Shown in pieces: positions 54,611 through 64,000 of a stretch of DNA of 64,000 nt. Within the stretch, counting starts at the first letter, position 1, and the number at the start of each line of letters is the position of its first letter. The DNA is from Eledone cirrhosa (Eukaryota). The stretch covers positions 26,040,001 to 26,104,000 of the forward strand of contig OZ024762.1 of NCBI GenBank assembly GCA_964016885.1. Direction: 5' to 3'. The notes beneath the pieces are model-generated. The model saw only the letters and a list, made by a program, of their open reading frames with translations. It searched no databases and was not told where the DNA came from. Position numbers and translations under genes: made by a program.

Positions 54611-54860
54611 ATATATATATATATACCCACACACACATACATATGTTTATATATATATAAAATCAAGAAAAAGCTTATAAAGAAAAATGTTAAAGTAAAT
54701 TTCAAAAAATTCACTGTACTTACTATATGTGCCTTTACCGCGGTTTCAGATCCCAAAACAAATAGATAATCCAAGCGGTTTTTCATTGAGAAAGAGATCC
54801 TCGTAAGAAGGGTTTTCTCTATCGGAGAATATCTTTATATATATGCATATATATAAATAC

Positions 54861-54909
<49 letters not shown>

Positions 54910-54913
<4 letters not shown>

Positions 54914-56480
54914 GTATTTACGTATCGAGAAAGAGAGAAAAAGGAGGGATAGGTGATACATATAGTTATTTGCCAAGTAGCGTATGCCAAAGGTGCTTGA
55001 TACTAGTGCCGGCAGTATTAAATATTCGAAGTGTTAATATTTAGTGGGCTAGAGAGTTAGCAGAGCGTAAGCACGTGGGAAAGTAAAAAATCGGAGAATA
55101 GACCGTTAAAACATGTTTATTTAAAATATCACCTACGTACGTTTCGCCCAGTTGGGCTTCTCAAGGGCATAAATAATCACAAGTGTTCCTTATATAGTTC
55201 GGAAAGAGTTTTGGGGGTTAAATCTACATCAAGATTCATTGCTCGCAAAAATATCTTGTTTTGATTTTGCAGCAGGTCAAGGGAGGTAATTCTGGCCGGT
55301 GTTAGGGCAGTCTTTCCCGGATAATTTTTTTTTTTTTCTTTGCCGCATCCGTTTGTCTGAGGCTGGGTCTGGTATGCAAGGATTGTTTTCTGGGTGTTAT
55401 TTTGCTGCGCCTGCCCGCCGGGGTGTTAAGACTTGTTGCAGGGAGATCCAGTGTACTATTTCACTCTTCATTCTTAACCCATCTAAAGAAGGATATTTTT
55501 AAGCGATGTGTACAACTTATCGCTGTTTCAGCTCTGCTGTTGATGAGCTCGTGGGGTGCAGTTATCATGTGGTAGAGCTCCATGAGGCAAAGATCGCATT
55601 TCCTCTTGGAGTTGTACGGTGCAGCCCTGCCGATAATCTCTCAGTGCGTGGAGAAGCTGATGTTTAAGTCCTTTAGTGATGTGATGTAGTCCGCGAGCGA
55701 AGTGGAGTGCCTTAGTTTTCTATTTGTGAAAGAGTGGAGATGTGTTCGAAACCTAATTTTGAACGGGCCGGAGGTGACCCCTATATAATGTTTAACGCTA
55801 TTGTGGCTAGTAATAGTGCATCTATATATAACCCTATCAGTCAAGCAGTATCCTCTAAGGGGGCAGCGTCCTCTGTCGCGGCAGTTGCAATTTCTGTCGC
55901 GGTTCCGTCTATTTCCCACGGTAAGGCTATCATTGTTGCTGCCTACGTTGTTACCTACGCTACCGCAGCTGTCGTTAGCACAATTACAACCCACAGCACG
56001 CGGGATGGTGCGATTGTTATTCCGCACGTCATGTTCTGCATGTTCCCCAGTCACTTCGCGGTCATTCTGGTTGCGTCTGCGGATGCCGTTGCCAACACTA
56101 TTGGATGCTGTCAGGGTGTTGTTAAGGCCGATATAGTTATTGTCAGGTGTAGGTGCGTCTGAGTCGAGGTGCTGTGTCTTGGTGATCTTACTGTGGTTCG
56201 TTGTTCCTATGATGTCTGCTAGGTTAGGAGTAGTAGAGAAGGATATTTTTATATTGTTCCTATTAAGAATTTTTCTATACCTATGGTTGGGTGGGAAGTT
56301 CTTCTCTAAGGCTTCGAAGAATATCCTGGGTATGTTGGAGGCCACACTTCGAGAGTAGGGGGTTGGAACCATAGGACGTTACGGTGGCGATTACGTGTCC
56401 TTGTACTTTTGCTACGGGTGGTTCCGTCTAAGTGACCGCTCTTATGTGTGTTAATGCGCTGTCGCCCGTTCGGTGCCCCT
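54910..56480 (-). mobile_element. 5'-truncated PLE: linker plus GIY-YIG endonuclease, HHR and pLTR tail
   Basis: ORF 55641-56372: FPPNH..KILNRNNIKISFS, CNCR..CPLRGYC..VIYRC..YIGVT..FKIR; HHR at 55131-55168 (TTGAGAA gccc aact gggc GAA ACGTACGT A); tail also found at 22170-22365. Confidence 0.88.
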
Positions 56481-57088
56481 GTATATATATATACACGCAT
56501 ATGTGTAAATATTATTATAAAAACATATAACTATTAAATATTAAAGTAAACATAAAATACATATATATATATACAATTATTTATATAAAAAAATAAATGA
56601 ACCAGACAGTAAATATAATGAAATAGTTTAGACAAGTCTAACCGCTATAATTATTTAAAAAAAAAAGTGATTTTTTTAATTTATCGGAAATCTAAAATGA
56701 CAGGGCTTCGTTCGCTGTCGACCATCTTTATCCACTCTCATCCCTTCCCATTTACCTTCTAGAATATTATTGTTGTTGTTGTTGTTGTGCTAGTGGTGGT
56801 TTATGTTGTATTTATCTGTAAGTTCTTTCTTTCTTTCTTTTTTTCTTTCTCTTGTCTTCTTCTTCTTCTTCTTCTTCTTCTTCTTCTTCTTCTTCTTCTT
56901 CTTCTTCTTCTTCTTCTTCTTCTTCTTCTTCTTCATTTCCGTTCCTTGTATTATCTTAAGATAAATATTGTTGCCATTAGGTTGCTTTACCTGCTCACTC
57001 ACGCCTCCTAGCGGCACAATCCCCGCTAAGCACATCCCTTCCGGTATTTTTGGCCTTGTCTCTTGTTTAAAATACTTTGGAGAAAGCT

Positions 57089-57127
<39 letters not shown>

Positions 57128-57232
57128 AATAAAAGGCAGAGTTAATAACTCACACTTTTGACTTCTAGCACACGAGGTGAAATATTCATTCGTGCGGCTT
57201 TTGGCTTAGGTCTTTGTTTCATTTAATCTCTT

Positions 57233-57317
57233 CTCTCGCTGATGATGCCCACGGATTATCTGTTACAAACACAATTCTCATGGCGAAACAGATTAAATCC
57301 CTGATCTGTCCGGCAGA
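57233..57317 (+). ncRNA. Type I hammerhead with extended stem II (truncated homologue at 27811-27881 on -)
   Basis: ctctcg CTGATGA t gcc..ggc GAA ACAGAT..ATCTGT C cgg. Confidence 0.72.
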
Positions 57318-57452
57318 TGTAATAGTTATTGAGGCGGTCTGTATATATTTTATATTATTTTATGTATATTCCGTTTGCTTCTGATTAAATTTCTCAAACA
57401 AATGTGGTATTTCAACCGTCCTAATTTTAGACACATGATTTCTATGTTTATT

Positions 57453-57525
<73 letters not shown>

Positions 57526-57577
57526 ATAAATGAAAGGTATAGAAAACATTGTAGCAAAAAGCCAACAGTATTCCATA

Positions 57578-57633
<56 letters not shown>

Positions 57634-57723
57634 TATGGAATACTGTTGGCTTTTTATATATATATATAGTTTTGGCTTATATACTGTTGGCTTATATATA
57701 TATATATAGTTTTAATATAAATG

Positions 57724-57774
57724 AGATCCTACAGGACTAGAACTGTTTCATTGTTTAGAAATCATCAGGAATCT
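57724..57774 (-). ncRNA. Type I hammerhead (GUA site); second copy at 58485-58535 on -
   Basis: Reverse complement: agattc CTGATGA .. GAA ACAG ttctagtc CTGT A ggatct. Confidence 0.82.
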
Positions 57775-58070
57775 GGGTATCCAAAAATAAAAGTGGTATA
57801 TATAGGTCATTTCAGGTGGTAGGAGAGGGTGGGGAGTGGGATGGGTAGAGGTCATTGGTTGATAGAAAAGGGAATTCATTAAAAGCTAATTCTTTAAAAG
57901 CTAATCCTTTAAAGTTCTACTTAGTGACAAAGGCTAAAAGAATTCTAGAGACCAGTTCAAAATAGTGGGTGCCTATCACATCATTATCTTCAAATTTCTC
58001 TTAAGCTATATTCCAGGTGTCAACAGACACGTTCACAAACACACACACACACACGCTCACATACACACAC

Positions 58071-58115
<45 letters not shown>

Positions 58116-58200
58116 TATATATACACATATATATACATATACATACATACACACACATGTATATATATATATATACATATACATATACATACACATATAC

Positions 58201-58291
<91 letters not shown>

Positions 58292-58326
58292 TACACACAT
58301 ATACATATACACACACATACACACAT

Positions 58327-58365
<39 letters not shown>

Positions 58366-58537
58366 CACAAATATACACATATATATACATATATATATAT
58401 ACGTTATTCCGGGTTGAATCGGAGGTAACCACAGTAAGTAAGGTACTCAATACATAGCAGAGTATAAAAGTTTTAATATAGATGAGATTCTACAGGACTA
58501 GAACTGTTTCATTCTTTAGAAATCATCAGGAATCTGC

Positions 58538-58597
<60 letters not shown>

Positions 58598-58994
58598 TAT
58601 ACATACATATACATACATATATATACACATATATATATATGCATATACACATATACATATATTCATATATATATACATATACATACACATATATATATAT
58701 ATATATACATATATACACACATATATATACATAAATATACACACGCATATATATTTACATATACATATATATACATACAAGGCGTGTGGCTGAGTGGTTA
58801 GGGAATTGGATTCGCAATCGTAAGGTTGTGAGTTCGATTCCTGGACCAGGCGATGCGTTATGTCCTTGAGCAAGACACTTTATTTCACGTTGCTCCTTCT
58901 ACCTGGAGTTGCGACCGATAGATAGTATTAGCAATTGGAAAGACCAACGGAAACATTGTTCCCTCGGTCCGATTTGACAAAAAAGTCGATCGTT

Positions 58995-59047
<53 letters not shown>

Positions 59048-59284
59048 GAACGATTAGGACCCCGACGGCTGAACTCACTACTTTATATCCATGTAGGAGA
59101 ACCCCTACCAATGCGCTGAACGAGTGTGACATTTTAGTCCAGCCAGCGACTTGAAAACTCTGGTACAAACACTACACTTGTGACAATTATTGACGCATAG
59201 TGCTGGGCCCCTGGTACCATCTGATGACAAGTGCAGATCTTTTTCCGAATTAGTCTGGTATATCTTTATACCACACTAATTCGG

Positions 59285-59339
59285 ACTGCCTGAAGAGGTC
59301 ACAGCTAAAGATGGCTGTCAACGAAATATATATAGCAGT
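59285..59339 (+). ncRNA. Type I hammerhead with (AT)n palindromic stem III
   Basis: actgc CTGAAGA g..acagc..gctgt..c GAA ATATATAT A gcagt. Confidence 0.75.
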
Positions 59340-59604
59340 AATAAACGAACCTAATTTCTAAACATTTGACTTATTTATTTTACTTTATTTTACATTACTC
59401 CGGAGTAACCAAACCAACCTGCGCACTTCGTCGACTGCTCCAGCCTGCTTACTGAGGTGTTGCTATACAACCAACATATACTCAAAATCTCTCTCTCTAT
59501 ATATATATATATATATAGTTGTGTGTAATGGTAGTTATGGTGCTTCCATAGGCGGTATGCCAAAATTAGCCCTCAATATTCAGCAGAGTAGAGTGTAGAT
59601 AGTA

Positions 59605-59935
59605 TGAAGAAAACGAAAAATCAGTGATGCATCTGGACTCAATTTATTGCCTGTTACAATTGTTTCGCCGGCAGGTAGCTCGAGACATGATCCCTGTATG
59701 GATCTGGGTGATTCTACGGCTGCAGGTTCTTTCAGACACGGGTATTTCGTTCGGAGCAAATTTTATCACTGTGATATAATTTGCTCCGAACGAAATACCC
59801 GTGTCTGAAAGAACCTGCAGCAGTAGAATCAGCCAGATCCATACAGGGACCATGTCTAGAGCTACCTGCCGGCGAAACAATTGTAACAGGCAATATATTG
59901 AGTCCAGATGCATCACTGATTTTTCGTCTTCTTTA
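59605..59935. repeat. Near-perfect fold-back palindrome of about 330 bp
   Basis: Arms mirror around atcac t gtgat at about 59771. Confidence 0.9.
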
Positions 59936-60555
59936 TACTATATATATATATATATAAATCTATATATATATATATATAAATCTCTATATATATATATATA
60001 AATCTATATATATATATAGCTATATAAATTTAGTGAGAGAGAGATAAATAAATGTAAAGATGTGAGTGTCTCCATGAGTGAGTCTGTCTACTCGTGCGTA
60101 GATGGACGTATGAGCCTCGCTCTGTGTGTGTGTGTGTGTATAGGTATGTATGTGAGTGTGTGTAGCTATGTATGTCTGTGAAAGCGTGTGTGTATAGGTA
60201 TGCATGTGTAGGCGTGGCGGTATCTTTGTGTTTTATGATAAAGAGAAGATGACATTTTTACAATTCCGAAATGAAAAGACACAGACCAATAATTAAAGTG
60301 TTAGGAGATTTTTAGATCTTCGACGTCCAAGTTGATGTAAAGGTCAGTAAGATTTTATATGTTTCTGACAGAATTAAATCGTCATTTACTGTTTCTCGTG
60401 GCCTGTCTCTCGTCTTTCCAAATCTCGCCAACTCACGCTATCCACCACGCCAACACACTGAAAGATTCAACGATAACCATTTTCATTATAGCACAGCTCT
60501 AGCCTAGAGGCGATATACATCTCTCTCTGTCTCTCTCTTTCTCTGGAAATGTCTG

Positions 60556-60599
<44 letters not shown>

Positions 60600-60781
60600 A
60601 CTATCTCTTTTGTCCCTTCCCTCTCTTTTTTCCTTTCACGCTCCCTCGATATATATATATATAATACACACACACACATATATATATGTGTGTGTATGTA
60701 TATATATATATGTATGGATACACATTCATAGACACATAAATATGCATATACATACATTCATATATATATATATATACATTC

Positions 60782-60830
<49 letters not shown>

Positions 60831-60847
60831 TATATATATATATATAC

Positions 60848-60965
<118 letters not shown>

Positions 60966-61706
60966 TTAAGAAATAAGCTGTTTACTTGAACAACTATTGG
61001 TAGAAGTAAAGTGAAAGATACTAAAATAGAAAAAAATACAAAAATACAAACAAACTAGAAAGGAATAAAAAGCTAAACAAAAAAAATAATAATGAAATAA
61101 ATAAATAAAAGACCCCTAAAAAATAAAGAAAAAAACAATAAATCCAATATCAATGTAAGATGGAGGCTGAATTCTTTTATAAGCCTCATTGAAATTTATG
61201 TCAACTTTGACCCCAAATAATACCAAAATTATTTCTGATCTGAAAACAATTTATAACATCTTCCTTTTTATTATATTTTGGTTTTCTTTAATACTGAGGA
61301 AAATATTGTGGACAGTCAATAGAAGAATTTAAAGCAATATAAATATTGTTATTAAAAACGAAGGCTAAAAGTCATTGCATTAAATTTAGAAAACTTCTTA
61401 CACGGATTTGGTATCAATTAAAAATTCCTTAAGTATGCTATGTGTTGTGGTTGTTCTTGGTGTTGTTGTTGTGGTTCTTGTTGGTGTTTTTGTAGTTGTT
61501 GGTCGCGTTGTTGTTGGTGGTGTTGGTGTTGTTGTTGTTTTCTTCCCTTTTACACTACACTATCTATTTTAAATTTATGAATTTTTGTTGTTTGGACTTA
61601 TTTCTTCTCATATGTAGAATAAATTTGGAGAATTATATATACATATGTATATATGTATATATATATATATATATGTATATATACACATATATATGTATAT
61701 ATACAG

Positions 61707-61759
<53 letters not shown>

Positions 61760-61794
61760 CATACATATATATATATATGGTGGCTGCCAACTCG

Positions 61795-61829
<35 letters not shown>

Positions 61830-61844
61830 GTATATATATATATG

Positions 61845-61900
<56 letters not shown>

Positions 61901-61918
61901 TGTATCTATATATATATG

Positions 61919-62082
<164 letters not shown>

Positions 62083-62560
62083 TACATATATATATACATA
62101 TTCATATATGTATGTGTGTGAATATACAATGCAGAAATAGATAGATTTGTTTTATATCGACATATGAATTATTTCACTACTTTTACCAAGTTGAAAATCT
62201 AAATCAAATAGTTTTACGTACAAAAGTTAGTTGCATTAATAATTTAGATTTAACAAAACATATATATGTATTTAGATTTAACACAAACATATATATGTAA
62301 CGGGAGGAAACAATAGCACCACTGACGATGTTGCAGATGTGTAACGAAAGATTTATGATAAACTATATATATGTGTTTGTGTCTATATTGTATCTGTATT
62401 ATTTTTGACCGTCGGTCAGTCAATGGCAACATTGAGGACCGAATAAATTAGATTACCGATATAAAAGACACAGAACCGAAAAGCGAAAACCAACCAAACA
62501 GTGAGTGTGTTCTGTTATTAATTCTGGCAATATTACACAAATATGACCCTCCCCAAGTAT

Positions 62561-62609
<49 letters not shown>

Positions 62610-63040
62610 CATACACATTGATGTGATGTCATGCGTCAATAGAGGTTGTGAAGTACTAGGTTCACTTGCGACCAGCAATGGGATGTACTAGCACGCCTCA
62701 TGGAACTGTCAATTACAGAGAGGCGAACTCCCGCTGACGACGCAGTTTCCTACCGAATTACGTAATGTATATTAACATTACCCAATTTTCTGCACATGGT
62801 TGTTCTACTCAGAACGCTGCCAGCACATCGGGATCGTCGAAACATGGATCGATATTGGTCTTTTATTTTCCTGTCCTCCTGTCCACAGAAAGTTGTCTTC
62901 TTCAATGATTAATGTGTTTGAATTTTAATAATAGATATTTAAGTAGATTATTGAGTGAATGAGGAAACGACCGAAGCTGTGTCCTTTCTATCTATATATT
63001 TATTTATATCTATATAATATATATGTATGTATATATATAT

Positions 63041-63185
<145 letters not shown>

Positions 63186-63209
63186 CACTTATATATATAT
63201 ATATATTAT

Positions 63210-63269
<60 letters not shown>

Positions 63270-63326
63270 TATATATATATATATATATATATTATATACA
63301 CTTATATATATATATATATATTATAT

Positions 63327-63432
<106 letters not shown>

Positions 63433-63459
63433 ACACATATATATATATATATATATATT

Positions 63460-64000
63460 ATAGTAATAATAATAAAATTGAAGACTAAAATCCAGAGAGG
63501 GCTCGATAAGGAAAATATATATCAAATATATAAGAACCGAAGAGCAAATATTTATTAAAATAACAGATTAAAGTTTAAGCAAAGAATCGCTGCTTTCACC
63601 CTTAACGGGATCTTCTGAAACTAACAAAGTCAATCTGTAAACGCAGAACTGGATATTTCAAAAAACGTTGCAACCGGAGGAAGACAGGGAGACGATACTT
63701 TGGTTCGTGGTAACGTTCGCTGGCAAAGAACGGGAAAAAACGAATAATACGTCATTAATAGGAGCGGTGAAAAACAAAAACGTGCAAGGACAGAACCACG
63801 TTTATAGTATAAAAGAGGTCGTAGACTAATGTTCTCTAAGTGGTGCATAGAGACGTTATCTGGCAATGAACGAAAAAACGAAGATAATAAGTCATATGTG
63901 GAACGTGGAGAACAATAGCGTGCAAAGACAAAACCACGTAAATGGTATAGCAGAAGTCGTAGACTAAAATTCTAACTAGGAGACCAAATGAATCTCCGCT
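63460..64000 (-). mobile_element. pLTR of the 42570-44970 PLE family, running off the window end
   Basis: Near-identical to 42572-43113. Confidence 0.9.

Noticed and set aside
59214-59240. CTGATGA as another permuted HHR
   Set aside because: The homologue at about 46450 reads GTGACGA, and no matching NUH/GAAA pairing was found
62733-62860. CTGACGA...GAAAC hammerhead candidate
   Set aside because: Closing pair of stem II and stem I are not convincing

Overview
Eukaryotic, AT-rich, almost entirely repeat-derived 64 kb window. The SINE families and the abundant (TA)n suggest a cephalopod (octopus-like) genome; this is inference. I could not support any host protein-coding exon, and nearly all ORFs in the track are microsatellite artefacts. 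Content: (1) large simple-repeat arrays and three minisatellites; (2) many tRNA-derived SINEs of two families; (3) a decayed near-full-length RLE-type (R4/Dong-like) LINE plus a truncated copy, both next to (TAA)n; (4) an L1/Tx1-like LINE, RTE fragments and a non-autonomous Helitron; (5) many Penelope-like element (PLE) remnants in (TA)n, often as fold-back pairs, carrying more than a dozen type I hammerhead ribozyme (HHR) motifs. The most notable signal is a non-circularly permuted, pseudoknotted hammerhead in six copies and three sequence variants (8226-8297, 21508-21578, 22057-22127, 26319-26389, 27007-27077, 27514-27584). Its order is NUH site, stem I, GAAA, stem III', closing helix, stem I', CUGAUGA. 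Stem II is supplied by a 5' segment, and the variants show compensatory base changes. Two copies delimit a 688-nt ORF-less, retrozyme-like tandem unit. All RNA structures were paired by eye, not computed.
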